Positions 1 to 12,476 of a stretch of 64,000 bases of DNA are shown here, piece by piece. The position numbers and the translations under genes are program-made. The DNA is from Squalus acanthias. Its lineage: Eukaryota. Every line of letters starts with the position of its first letter. Positions within the stretch are counted from its first letter, which is position 1. The notes under the pieces were generated by a model. That model saw only the letters and a program-made list of their open reading frames with translations. It was not told the DNA's origin and ran no database searches. The DNA is taken from assembly GCA_030390025.1 (NCBI GenBank), contig CM059432.1:63614001-63678000 (forward strand), written 5' to 3'.

Positions 1-1013
1 GTAGAAACTGCCCAATTTTTGTCCTATTGAAATGAGAATCAGGTGGCTTCTACAAAGGGTGGTGAATGCACTCCACCAGATTACTGCCCATGTGTTGAAG
101 ACATAAATTTGCCCAATATGTGCAAAATAATCTGGGACAGTGGACCGCAGGGTGAACAATGAACCTTTTTACTGATGAGGTACACATCGGAAATGGTATG
201 GGTTGCCATTGTAAGATTTGAATCTTTCCAAAGGAAGGAAAAGCAGATGTGCTCCACTCAAGTGGATTAGAAGCTCCCAACTTAATGGACCTGTTGGCTG
301 TTATGAAAAATAGCTGCCAGATAGCCCCCAGCTTCACAGAGGAGTCCTGCTGCACCTTGGAAAGAGAGTATTAAACTTACATCAGGTTCCAGTAGCTTGC
401 TGGCAGACCCTTCATCTGTAATGCCCACTTTCTTTAGCTGGTTTTCTCTGTTGGCAGGTGCTGGGCAAAACCCGGGGAAAATGCCATGGGTGGCATTATA
501 ATATCACTCTTGTGCGATTCACATAAAATTTATGTGGCCCCGTCTGCTTCAGCTACAGGCTTCCCTGGAAATGTACATTAAAGGAGCCAGAGACCTGACA
601 TAATGTGCCTCCACCCTTTTTTATTCTGCCTAGTGTCCTGGAAACAGATGGACACAGAACGCTAGGCTAAGGAATATCATATTCTCGAGAGAGTTGTTTG
701 CTAATGTTAATGGAAACATTAATGCATTTATTTTAAATTGCCTTCATTAGAATAGTGGGTAGAGAACTGAATAAATTATTTAACTAAAAAACTCATCTTG
801 TGGGCAAATGAGGACATAATGAAAGCTGAACATTGTCGAAAAGTTCAGTTAAAACTGAAAAGTACAATATATTATGAAATGATCAGGCTAATTCCATGAT
901 ATGTGTAGATTTTTACTTCTCAGGAAGAACTTGGGAGTCACTGGAAGAAGAGATAGCTATCAAGGAAGTTTGGTAAAAATTAACTAATTTGAAATTCGTA
1001 ACAACAAGGATAA

Positions 1014-2514
1014 TAAGACTTGTGCTCCAGGACTAACCGCACCTCTAGCCAAACTGTTCCAGTACAGCTACAACACTGACATCTGGAAAATTGCCCAGGT
1101 ATATCCTGTCCACAAAAAGCAGGACAAATCCAATCAGACCAATTACCGCCTCATCAGTCTACTCTCAATCATCAGCAAAGTGATGGAAGGTGTTGTCGAC
1201 AGTGCTATCAAGCAGCACTTACTCACCAATAATTTGCTCTTCAGTTGTCAGCTTGGGTTCTGCCTGGACCACTTGGCTCTAGACCTCATTACAGCCTTGG
1301 TCCAAACATGGACAAAGGAGCTGAATTCCAGAGGTGAGGTGAGAGTGACTGCCCTTGACATCAAGGCGGCATTTGACCGAGTGTGGCATTAAAGAACCTT
1401 AGTAAATTTGAAGTCAATGGGAATCAGGGGGAAAACGCTCCACTGGCTGAAGTCATACCTAGCACAACGGAAGATGGCTGTGGTTGTTGGAGGCCAATCA
1501 TCTCAGCCCCAGGACATTGCTGCAGGAGTTCCTCAGGGCAGTGTCCTAGGCCCAACCATCTTCAGCTGCTTCATCAATGACCTTTCCTCCATCATAGGGT
1601 CAGTAGTGGGGATGTTCGCTGATGATTGCACAATGTTCAGTTCCATTCGCAACTCCTCAGATAATGAAGTATTCCGTGACCGCATGCAGCCAGACCTGGA
1701 CGACATTCAAGCTTGGGCTGATAAGTGGCAAGTAACATTCGCGTACCAGGCAATGGCTATCTGGAACAAGAGCGAGTCTAACCACCGCCCCTGGACATTC
1801 AATGGTATTACCATCACCAAATCCCCCACCATCAACATCCTTGGGGTCACCATTGACCAGAAACTGAACTGGACCAGCCACATAGATACTGTGACTACAA
1901 GGGCAGGTCAGAGGCTGGGTATTCTGCGGCAAGTGTCTCACCTCCTGACTCCCCAAAGCCTTTCCACCATCTACAAGGCACAAGTCAGGAGTGTGATGGA
2001 ATACTCTCCACTTGCCTGGATGAGTGCAGCTCCAACAACACTCAAGAAGCTTGACACCATCCAGGAGAGAGCAACCTGTTTGACTGGCACCCCATCCACC
2101 ACCTTAAACATTCACTTCCTCCGCCATCGGCGCACCATGGCTGCAGTGTGTACCATCTACAAGATGCACTGCAGCAACTCACCAAGGGTTCTTCGACAGC
2201 ACCTCCCAAATAAACCCGCCACCTCTACCACCTAGAAGGACAAAGGCAGCAGGCACATGAGAACACCATCACCGCCAAGATCCCCTCCAAGTCACACATC
2301 ATCCTGACTTGGAAGTATATCGACGTTCCTTCATCATCGCTGGGTCAAAATCTTGGAACTCCCTACGTAACAGCACTGTGTGAGTACCTTCACCACACGG
2401 ACTGCATCAGTTCAAGAAGGCGGCTCACCACCACCTTCTCAAAGGTAATTAGGGATGGGCAATAAATGCTGACCTTGCCAGCGACGCCCACATCCCATGA
2501 ACGAATAAAAAAAA
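1014..2514 (+). mobile_element. 5'-truncated non-LTR retrotransposon, CR1/L2-group 'LINE family B', copy 1 (RT pseudogene plus 3' tail)
   Basis: RT motifs [23 protein letters not shown] and MFADD in ORFs 1180-1392 and 1408-2235. The 3' tail GGGATGGGCAATAAATGCT...CATCCCATGAACGAATAAAAAAAA recurs near 19500 and 35245. Confidence 0.92.
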
Positions 2515-3420
2515 TGTTGTTATTACTAACTTCAATAGAAAAACAAAATAGTTAAACAGATATGAAATTATCTGAGTGAAACATGGAGGTTATGTGAAAG
2601 ATCAGGCAATAAGCAGAGACCTAAAACTCCTAAATGAGGTCACAAACTACTGTTCACACAAGCTGAAATTTATTAAAAATTTCTTTAAGCCACAACAAAA
2701 TTCTAAGATCATTTCAAACTTATTGCATTCCTTGTAATCAATGATATCTTAAAAAATCCAACTTGCATTTTGAAAAAAAAAGAAAGATTGATTAGGAATT
2801 TGAATATATGTGAAAATGGCAGTGGAAAAATAGATTGCCTATAGGGAAAGTTTAAAAGGTTATTTTCTAATTGTGTAATATTGAGAGTTAAGAGTATAAT
2901 TTCAAGGAGATTAACTATGGAGCTAATGGTTAGGATATAGAGAAGCAATTTAAAAAAAATAAACTAAGAGGGAATAGATTTACTGGAACAAATTCACAAG
3001 AAAAATGAAGAGATGCTAAAAAGCAAATTAAAGATAGAAAAAATAAATTTGAATAGAGAAAATGTCTCACGAGCAATCACAAATAATTTGTCATTTCTAC
3101 TTGTGGGAGGTCGGTTCTGGGAGAACAAGTACACATATGAAAATGTGAAAAGGACTGTGGATGAGAATTCAAATAATTTAATTCATTAGTGTTAATAGCA
3201 GTGAAATTATAGAAATATTTCAAACCTTGCTGAACTATTTTCTGGGTGTTAGAAGGGTGTCTAATTAAAGTACTAAAATATGAGGAAATTGTTTTCAAAA
3301 TAACAGGCTGAAAGTAGATGAGCTGAAGGCATTTGGTCTTCAATATTAAAACAAATTAAAGGAATAGGCAGAGACGCTTTGGCTGAGATCTTCAATTGCT
3401 CATTAGAAACTGGGGAAGTC
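2515..3420 (+). pseudogene. Old, AT-rich degenerate CR1 ORF2 remnant, probably continuous with ~720-1013 and split by LINE B
   Basis: Ends in a CR1 RT-start-like segment (..ALAEIFNCSLETGEV). A-rich sense strand with no long ORF. Confidence 0.5.
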
Positions 3421-3440
3421 AACAATTGTGAATGTGATAG

Positions 3441-3540
3441 CAAAATACTGCGGATGCTGGAAATCCGAAATAACAACAGAAAACGCTGGAAAAACTCAGC
3501 AGGCGAGGCAACATCCGTGGAGAGAGAAACAGCCAGTTGA
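3441..3540 (-). mobile_element. Penelope-like terminal (pLTR) fragment, family 2
   Basis: Near-identical to 47695-47790 and similar to 62349-62420 (AAATACTGCGGATGCTGGAAAT...GGAGAGAGAAACAG). Truncated before the ribozyme core. Confidence 0.7.
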
Positions 3541-3566
3541 AGACCAACTTGAAACTGGCACACAAT

Positions 3567-3793
3567 GCCCTTCTTCAAATAGTGTGATAGGATCTTTTAC
3601 ATCCACTTGAAAGGGTAGACAGGGCCTCAGTTTAATGTCTCACCTGAAAGACAGTACCTCCAACAATGCCGCACTCCCTCGGTGCAGCACTGAAGTGTCA
3701 ACCTTGATTATAGACTCAAGTCTCTGGAGTAGGGCTTGAACCCACAACCTTCTAATTCAGAGGCAAGAGTGTTACCAGTGAGCCAAGGCTGAC
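3567..3793 (-). mobile_element. tRNA-derived SINE (SacSINE1/DeuSINE-like), partial
   Basis: Minus-strand tRNA-like head with B-box GGTTCAAGCCC. Homologous to 11008-11482 and 13197-13628. Confidence 0.8.
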
Positions 3794-4391
3794 ATGCATT
3801 TGTTTCTGGGGGGTAGGGCAGGGTGGGGGGAGGGTCGGTGGTGGTGGCGGTGGATGCAGAAAGACAGATGTTTAGGTATGGAATGATTAGAGTTGGCAAG
3901 AAGGTTGTGGTTATGTCATGACAGAAATTTTCAGGGTGCCATTTTAATCTTGAGGAGAATTTATTACTTATGATCTCACTATGAAGTTTCCTGATAGCTG
4001 AAACAGAAGAATCCTCTGAGTTCTGATCTTTTGGAAGCTGAGTTCCAGCCTCCTCAGCCACCTCTACTGGGTTTCGGTTTCAGTTTGCAATCCTTTCTGA
4101 TACCGCAGCCATGCAGGTAGTCAAGACTGTTGCAGAACCATTCAGGAGTACTGTCACAGATGCTGCATGTCGCTGGGATCTAAAATGCAGGACAGCACAA
4201 AAGACAGTTTTAAAAATGCAGGCTGCAATAAAAAGAAACGGTTTAAATGCCTTGGAAACCAACTAGGAACTGCCATAAGAGAGTAAATACTGCCACCTCA
4301 CGTAAATAAAAGTGGTAAACACTGTGAAAATTGAAATCAATGCTCTATAAAGTCTTCTGTCTGAATAGAAGCATTTGATATAAAAGTGCAT

Positions 4392-4632
4392 TGTGGCGGA
4401 TCGCCACCTAAACGGGCATTATCCACTCTTCCGTCCGTGGACAATATATCAAGCACCTTCCCTTTAAGGCACCTTACCTTTAAGGCAGGAGTGGGCGGGG
4501 CCTCAGGATTTTTCCAGAGAATTCTGGGAGCTGTCTGTTCAGCCATTTTGTACCATGCAGTTGTATTAAAAAAGTCTCTTGTTTTCCGCACATGGATTCA
4601 GCCTTAATTCGTGTTTCGCGGCAGCCTCAACA
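4392..4632 (+). repeat. 5' LTR of the Gypsy element
   Basis: TGTGGCGGATC...GCCTCAACA. I count 4 transitions relative to the 3' LTR. ATTAAA polyA-like signal present. Confidence 0.97.
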
Positions 4633-4633
4633 T

Positions 4634-4647
4634 TGGTGACCCCGACG
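4634..4647 (+). promoter_or_regulatory. Primer-binding site complementary to tRNA-Trp
   Basis: TGGTGACCCCGACG starts 1 nt after the 5' LTR and matches the first 14 nt of the canonical tRNA-Trp PBS TGGTGACCCCGACGTGAT. Confidence 0.9.
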
Positions 4648-4672
4648 CTCAGAACGTATTCCGAGCACTGCA

Positions 4673-7600
4673 ATGGCGGACACGAACGCAGTTTCCGTGA
4701 AACTGCCGGAGTTTTGGGAAAACCAGCCCGAAGCCTGGTTTCTCCAAGCTGAATCTCGCTTCCGGCTGCGAAACATCACCACAGATAGGACGCAGTACGA
4801 CTACTTCGTCACATCACTCAGTAACGCCACAGTTTTGAAGGTTTGGACAGCGCTGCAGAACCCACCAGAGGAAGGCAAGTACACACATCTCAAGACAGCG
4901 CTCCTTAAAAAATTTACGGCCTCGGCATATCAGCGAAACTGCCACCTCCTCGACCTTCTAGGCCTCGGTGATGCCTCACCGTCAGACCTCCTCTCCCACA
5001 TGCTCTCCCTCACTGACGAGAGCCCACCCGGATCCCTCTTCCGCACGCTGTTCATCCGCCAGCTCCCTCTCAGAATCCGCCCAGCGATCGTGGCGTCCGG
5101 CCTCATGAACCTGGAAGCCCTGGCCGATGAGGCCGACAAGCTGCTGTCCGCTCACTCCAGCCGCGACGTCACTCCGGACCTGGCAGCCAATGCCTGGGCG
5201 CGCCCCTCACCGGCCACCACGCGGCCACAAGGGCCTGCCACCAGGCCCACGGGGCCTTCACGCCCCACTAACCCGGGCCACTGTTACTACCACGCACGGT
5301 TCGGCGCCAGGGCACAACGGTGCACACCTCCCTGCTCTTTCAAGTCCGCCCCCGTACCAGCCCCCGCGATGGCCGTGGGCCACGCAGGCTCCCTACTGTT
5401 CATCACGGATGACAAAACCGGCCGCCGGTTCCTGTGCGACACTGGGGCTCAGCACAGCATCATCCCGGCCTCCTCCCTCGACATCCAAAAGGGCGAACGA
5501 GGACCGGCGCTGGCTGCTGCTAACGGCTCGGAAATCCGGACGTATGGCACCCGGACAGTCACCCTCGACCTCGCTGGTCGCCGCTACCGATGGGAGTTCA
5601 TCACTGCCAAGGTGCTCTCCCCTCTCATCGGCGCAGATTTCCTGTGCGCCCACGGCCTACTGGTAGACATCCCCCGTCACCGCCTCGTGGACATGAACAC
5701 CATGTCCCCCATCCTGGGCGCCATGGCCCCCCGTCAACCCGCCGACAAGGCGTCACACTGCCACGCCCGGGCCACGGATGACTACTCGGCACTCCTGGCC
5801 GAATTCCCGGCCCTTACCAATCCGACCTTCTCCGCGGAGGCCGCCAAACACGGGGTGGAACACTTCATCCCCACCACAGGCCCCCCAGTGTACGCCCACG
5901 CCCGCAGGCTGGACCCGACCAAACTGGAGATCGCGCGGACCGAGTTTGCCACCATGGAACAGCTCGGCATCATCCGCCGCTCCAACAGTCCCTGGGCCTC
6001 CCCACTCCACATCGCCCCCAAACCAGGCGGAGGTTGGCGCCCCTGCGGGGATTACCGCCGCCTCAACGACGCCACCACCCCTGATCAGTACCCCGTGCCG
6101 CACATTCAGGACTTCTCGGCTAGACTGGCCGGCCGCTCAGTCTTTTCCAAGGTCGACCTGGTGCGCGGCTACCACCAAGTCCCCGTCCACCCCGCGGACG
6201 TCCCCAAGACGGCCGTAATCACCCCCGTCGGCCTGTTCGAGTTCCTGCAGATGCCCTTCGGCCTCAAAAACGCGGCCCAGGCATTCCAACGGCTCATGGA
6301 CTCGGTCCTTCGGGACCTGAAGTTCCTGTTCGTCTACCTGGACGACATCCTGGTAGCCAGTTCCTCCAAGCAGGAACACCTCGAACACCTTTGCATCCTG
6401 TTCGGGCGCCTCAGCGACCACGGGCTCATCCTCAGCCCAGCCAAATGCCAGTTCGGCCTGGACAAGATTGACTTCCTCGGCCACCACATTACCCGTGCTG
6501 GGGCCATTCCCCTGCCCACCAAGGTGCAGGCCGTCCAACAATTTCCCCGCCCCACCACCATCAAAGGCCTCCAGGAGTTCCTCGGGATGGTGAATTTCTA
6601 TAACCGCTTCATCCCCAAAGCGGTGTCCCTCATGAGGCCCCTGTATGAAGCCCTCCGGGGCAGGAGCGGCAAGATGGCGGTCGAATGGACGGCAGACGCG
6701 TCTGCCGCCTTCGACTCCACCAAGACCGCGCTCGCCAACGCCACCCTGCTCGCGCACCCACGGCCGAATGCCAGGGTAGCGCTCGCCACGGACGCCTCCG
6801 ACCACGCGGTCGGCGCCGTGTCTGAGCAGTTGGTCGACGGCGCCTGGCAACCACTTGCCTTCTTCAGCCGCCAACTATGCCCCCCGGAGGTCTAGTACAG
6901 CACCTTCGACCGCAAGCTCCTCGCGCTGTTCCTGGCAGTCCGCCATTTCCGGTTTTTGCTTGAGGGCCACCCCTTCACTGCGTTTGTCGACCACAAGCCC
7001 CTGACATTCACAATGGCAAAGACAACCGACCCCTGGTCCGCCAGGCAGCAGCGCCAGCTCGCGGCAGCGTCCGAGTTCACCACGGACATCCAACACGTCT
7101 CCGGCCGAGACAATGTGGTAGCCAACTGCCTCTCCCGCCCCGCCATCCACGCCGCACACCTGGCAGTCGACTCCGCTCAACTCGCAGCAGACCAGATCAC
7201 CGACCCTGATCTGCTCTCCGCACCCACCAACCTACCAGGGCTACGCCTGGCCGACGTCGCCTGTGGCCCGACCGCAGTCACGGTCAAGTGAGACATATCC
7301 CTATGTCAACCGCGGCCCGTCATCCCAGCGTCCTGGCGCCGCCGGGTATTCGACATTATCCACAACCTCTCCCACCCCGGTGCCCGCGCATCCATCAAAT
7401 TGGTAGCCAACCGCTTCGTCTGGTGCGGCCTTCGCAAGGATGTGCGTACTTGGGCCAACTCCTGCCTAGCCTGCCAACTGGCCAAGGTACAGCAACACAC
7501 GAAAGCACCCCTCGAGGAGTTTATGTCCCCTCGCGGAGATTCGACCACATCCACGTGGACATCGTCGGGCCCCTGCCGCCGTCGCAAGGCCACACGCACT

Positions 7601-8484
7601 TGTTGACCATCGTTGACCGCACCACACGCTGGCCCGAGGCAATTCCACTGACCTCTACCACCACCGCCGACATCGCCAGAGCCTTCGTCAGCACCTGGGT
7701 CGCACGGTTCGGCATCCCCTCCGACATGACGTCGGACAGAGGTCCGCAATTTACCTCTGAACTCTGGACCGCTGTCGCACGCAATCTCGGGGTGACCATT
7801 CACCACACCACAGCGTACCACCCCCAAGCCAATGGACTGTGTGAGCGGTTCCACAGATCCTTGAAGGCATCTCTTCGAGCCAGCCTCCAGGACGGCGCCT
7901 GGACCGATCGACTTCCGTGGGTCCTCCTCGGCCTGCGCACCGCGGTTAAAGAAGACCTCCACGCATCGGCAGCAGAGCTCGTGTACAGTCAGCTGCTGCG
8001 CGTACCCGCCGAGTTCCTGCCCACCGCCACGACACCCTGGTCAGCCAACCAGCAACGCCACAACTTCACCTCACCGGCGCTGCAGTTCGCCCCGGTGCCC
8101 ATTGCCCGACACGGCGAATCCACCTCACACGTCCCACTAAGCCTGCACCGGGCACGGTTTGTTTTCGTCCGGCACGACGCCCACCGCGGACCCCTTCAAC
8201 CCCCGTACGACGGGCCCTACAAGGTGCTACAGGCTGGGGACAAATTTTTCACCCTGCAAGTGGGCGACAGGACCGAAAAAGTGTCGGTTGACCGACTCAA
8301 GCCAGCACACTCGGAGCCCAGTGAGCAGGTCCCTTTAGCTCGTCCACCACCATGCGGCCGACCTGCCCTCAAGCCGGTTCACCTGGCTGCTCCACGCCCG
8401 GCCGTTCCACGTCCACCGGCGTCCTACAAGAGCCGCTCCGGCCGGCCCATCAGACCGCCGCACCGTCTCATCCACACCTCCTAA
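4673..8484 (+). pseudogene. gag-pol: Gypsy gag-pol polyprotein, disrupted by TAG 6893-6895, TGA 7289-7291 and a frameshift near 7520
   Basis: Gag VKLPEFW and knuckle CYYHARFGARAQRCTPPC, protease LCDTGA, RT YLDD, RNase H TDASD, integrase H-H-C-C (HNLSHPG...CLAC) followed by HVDIVGP / SDRGPQF / NGLCERFH, and GPY module. Confidence 0.95.
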
Positions 8485-8493
8485 GCGGATTCT

Positions 8494-8501
8494 GGGGGGA
8501 G
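8494..8501 (+). promoter_or_regulatory. Polypurine tract
   Basis: GGGGGGAG lies 3 nt upstream of the 3' LTR. Confidence 0.8.
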
Positions 8502-8504
8502 CTG

Positions 8505-8745
8505 TGTGGCGGATCGCCACCTAAACGGGCATTATCCACTCTTCCATCCGTGGACAATATATCGAGCACCTTCCCTTTAAGGCACCTTACCTTTAAGGCA
8601 GGAGTGGACGGGGCCTCAGGATTTTTCTAGAGAATTCTGGGAGCTGTCTGTTCAGCCATTTTGTACCATGCAGTTGTATTAAAAAAGTCTCTTGTTTTCC
8701 GCACATGGATTCAGCCTTAATTCGTGTTTCGCGGCAGCCTCAACA
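8505..8745 (+). repeat. 3' LTR of the Gypsy element
   Basis: Direct repeat of 4392-4632. Confidence 0.97.
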
Positions 8746-8810
8746 GCATCTTGTTTATAGCATTAACAAAACTCTTAGGTGGGATTGAATCTTTGAAATT
8801 TTTTGACATT

Positions 8811-9050
8811 GGGGTAGATTTTCATCTTCATCACCTGGATGGTAATCTGGTGGAATGGTTCATCTGTCCTTTGTAGAACCTTCCCAATTTGTATTCTATT
8901 GATTTGCGTGAAATGAAAATCAGGCAGCTTCTCAAAGAGCGGACAATCTGCTCCAGATTACTGCCCAGACGGTGAAGAGGAACAGCTACTCCATTGTGTA
9001 CTATTTTCGAAGAGATTCCCATTAACATTAGCGGATGTAGGACATTCCCC
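8811..9050. repeat. Old Harbinger-type MITE remnant, similar to 1-90
   Basis: Starts GGGGTAGATTTTC, the same as 10368. 8873-8968 aligns by eye with 1-90 (GTAGAA..CCCAATTT..CTATTGA..AAATGA.AATCAGG..CCAGATTACTGCCCA). Confidence 0.45.
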
Positions 9051-10367
9051 TGAATGATTTGGGAGGAATGTTATACCTTAGATATTGTCGCATATTGGCA
9101 TTTTTAAAACTATTCGTCCACAGAAAGAATTTAGAAAAATAATTACTTTTAAATGTGCTTTTGAACCAAAGTGCATTCATACAAATTAAAAATAGGCACT
9201 GAGATGATTGGTGATTAAAATGCGAATGAGCTCAGCTTTGTTGTTGTTTCCCCATAGACTGTAAATAATAAGCAATTTGTGAGCCTGTCTTGGCGATCGA
9301 TAAAAAACTCACACCCTTTGTTGGGAATTCTCTGTTTCTGCGCACTTGGCAGAGGTGGCCTGACAGGCCTTCCATTCTGCCTGTGAGCAGAGGAAGATAA
9401 AAATAGAGACAAAGACACACACAGTCAGATCCAGCAAAGGCTGCAAAGTCAGTCAAGTTTTAAACATCAATCTGTGAGGGCAAGTTTTGGCAAGGTTCAG
9501 AAGGAGAATGCAGAAGGGTAGCTAAGAGTTATTTTATTTAAGTCATGCAAGATGATCCATTGAAGTGGGAAAGCATAGCATGTTCATTATTACCCAAGGA
9601 CAAACTGTACAATTTTAGCAAAGTGAATCTGACCATAATTGTAGCTCTGTATATTTTCTCACTGCTAAATAAAACAGCTCAATGATTTGTATCTGGCCTC
9701 ATCCTACAAGATGTTTCCTTGGTCCACTTTCAAAGAGATTGAAGAAACACAAATGTGAAAGACACAAAATCCAATTTAAATCACATGGTGATTGTATTAT
9801 TACACTCCTGGGTTACGCTATCATGGAGTCAGATACTGGGCACTAAGGATACACACCGAAATATAAGATGGTCTGGCCAATTATGGGCATGACCAGCACC
9901 ACCGTACCCAAAATAATTTCTACAGCAAGACGCTAAACTTGTAATATATATATATTAGAAATAATATTTTTCTCTGTGATTTTCTTTTAAGTTTTTTCTC
10001 CTAACAGACACTTTGCATCATTTTCCCTCTGCTGTTGGTAGACCAGAATGGGTTGGGTAATAGACTTTGAAGAAAATTACCATTACTATACCTTAGTCAG
10101 CTGGCAGGAGGTACAATTAGATAGTATAGAATTGTTAACAAACAGCCTCAGGAGGTGATCATACAAATTACCTCAGAAACCTCAGTTGGAATCAAAGTTA
10201 ATTTAAGTTTAAATTAGAGTTAAGAGAATCAAAGCTGAACAATTTACCTCCCTGCTGGTTTTTTTTCTAATTTACAATAAATTAATTCAGTGGATATCTG
10301 GAAAGCATTTCAATCTCATGATGTAGAGCAAGGTAATAGTACGAGTGGTATAAAAGTATGACACTAA

Positions 10368-11716
10368 GGGGTAGATTTTCTTTCTGCAGTTTTCAGGTGG
10401 CCAGTCGGTGGAGCGTTGTGACCAACTGCTGATACTGCCGACGGTCAGGAGGCCCGTTCCATTTTGAGGGCTGGACCTCATTAACCTACCGTCAGAAGGC
10501 TATGGGTAGCCAGCAAGCACCCTGGGGCAGCCCGCCAAATTTGGGCCGCCTTAATATCAGGTAGCTCAGCCAGCCTCCATGCCCAGATAAAGGTAGCCCG
10601 GGGAGTGTCCGTTCTCGGGAGGGAGAACCTAGTGTGGTAACGATCCAGGCTATTTTTGTTCCTCATACTCCTCTTTGGCTGGGCTGCCAGTTGATCGTGG
10701 ACGGAGCGTGCACAGTGCAAATAGCATCGGGGTCCAATTGGCGTCATAGGACCGCAATTTAAAGACCTAAATTACCTTGCTTCAGGCGGCCACCTGGGCT
10801 ACTAATTGCTACTAACTGTGTCCCCCCACCCTGAGACCACATTTACTGCCCCCTTGGGTGTGCTATTTAAGGGGCCAATACTTAAAGACTTGGAAAAAAA
10901 TTGTTTCTCTATGGTGGTTCAGGGTGCTTCTCTGACCTGGACCATCGCAGGTGGGGCACTTCTAGAGGTTGGCATAAAGGTCTCCAGAGTTACATCAGGT
11001 TCCTTATAGAAAGAAGAAAGAAAGAAAGACTTCCATTTATATAGCGCCTTTCACAACCTCAAGACGTAGCAATGCGCTTTACAGCCAATGAAGTACTTTT
11101 GAAGTGAATTCACTGTTGTAACATAAGAATCACGGCAGCCAATTTGTGCACAGCAAGGTCCAACAAACAGCAATATGATAATGACCAGATAATCTGTTTT
11201 TTAGTGATGTTGATTGAGGGATAAATATTGGCCAGGACACTAGGGAGAACTCCCCTGCTCTTCTTCGAAATTGTGCCATAAGATCTTTTACGTCCACCTG
11301 AGAGCACAGACAGGGCCTCAGTTTAACGTCTCATCTGAAAGACCTCTGACAGTGCAGCACTCCCTCAGCACTGCACTGGAGTATCAGCCTGGATTTTTGT
11401 GCTCAAGACTCTGGAGTGGGACTTGAACCCACAACCTTCTGATTCAAGAGGCGAGAGTGCTACCCACTGAGTCATAGCTGACCTTCAAATGACCTTATGG
11501 ACTGGGGAAGTGGGAACTCCCAGTATAATCTCTACCCCAGTCCCCCTCCAACATGGTTGGCTTTATGAGGGGTGGACAGAGGCTCCAGCCCTAACAATAC
11601 CTAGTGGGAATTCCCAAATCAGGTCAGGACCTGGTATATCCGCATCCCAGCCTTTTTCCCATCGTTCCACCAAGCTTAAGGCAGGAGTTTGGTGGAATGA
11701 TTGCGAAAATTTGGCC
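10368..11716. mobile_element. Old Harbinger-type non-autonomous element interrupted by a SINE
   Basis: Left end GGGGTAGATTTTC follows TAA, and the putative right end is GAAAATTTGGCC. The interior is GC-richer than the flanks. Confidence 0.4.
11008..11482 (-). mobile_element. Full-length tRNA-derived SINE (SacSINE1/DeuSINE-like) with L2-type tail
   Basis: Minus strand has a head with A/B boxes (TGACTCAGTGG; GGTTCAAGTCC), body CCTGGCCAATATTTATCCCTCAA and tail GTGAAAGGCGCTATATAAATG followed by (TTTC)n. Confidence 0.88.
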
Positions 11717-12476
11717 ACTATGCATTGAGCCATAACAGCAGTGCAATACAGTGCATAACTTTTATTCAACATGACAGAAATAGTGGTTTTCATTTTATGT
11801 GCAACATGGCATAATATTCAGACAAATAAATTTGCTTAATGGCTCCAAAAATCCAACCTTGCAAAATTCAGGTTAGCAATGAGACACAAGGCTGACTGCC
11901 AATTAAAGTAAACCTCTCTTGTACGAGAGAGATCAAGAACAAACCTAAATTGCATTCAGCTCACTAATTATTCCTCCTTTGGTACATGGACACAGATGAA
12001 TGCTTTATTCTCTAGAAGGTAGAAAATACAGTCATTAGATTTATCAGTATTGATAGTTTCCTGCGAATTTATAAAAATAATAGTTAATTGAGTTTAAATG
12101 GATTTTAATGCATTTGTCAATGTTTACGGTTCGGGGAACAGTCTACTCTTTTTTCTATCAATTGTTGAGATTAGTGTGAGTGGAGCACAATAAATTTCAA
12201 TTCTGAATGCAAATTTTGCTTCCTGAATGCTGTTAATAGGTTTACATTATACTGAAAACATGCAAAATACTGTATCATGCTGTATAGAAAATTAATGCCA
12301 CTTTTCTGGAGTGTTAAACAGAAACTGTAAGGAGTATTGCTCTTTGTCATGTCTTCAGCTCAAAAAAAATTACATATTATCTGTGATTTTGAATCACTGT
12401 ACTATGATTGCAACTAACTGGTCTCGCATGAACTGAATGGTTTAAAAATGTATAGAGGCACTGAGAAATTCTGTGT

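Larger units (their letters stand above)
4392..8745 (+). mobile_element. Full-length Ty3/Gypsy LTR retrotransposon (CsRN1-clade-like)
   Basis: Two 241-bp TG...CA LTRs and a 4-bp TSD GCAT (4388-4391, 8746-8749). PBS and PPT present. Domain order is Gag-PR-RT-RNaseH-IN. Confidence 0.97.

Noticed and set aside
6893..6895. Programmed stop-codon readthrough in gag-pol
   Set aside because: The TAG lies inside RNase H rather than at the gag/pol boundary, and another stop and a frameshift follow. Ordinary decay explains it.
6137..7962. Long antisense ORFs in the Gypsy element and overlapping ORFs in the Harbingers and the GC-rich MITE
   Set aside because: These are shadow ORFs expected from high GC and codon bias, with no recognisable domains.
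9258..9460. Possible exon or conserved non-coding element after CCCATAG
   Set aside because: There is no good donor or recognisable peptide, and conservation cannot be judged without alignments.
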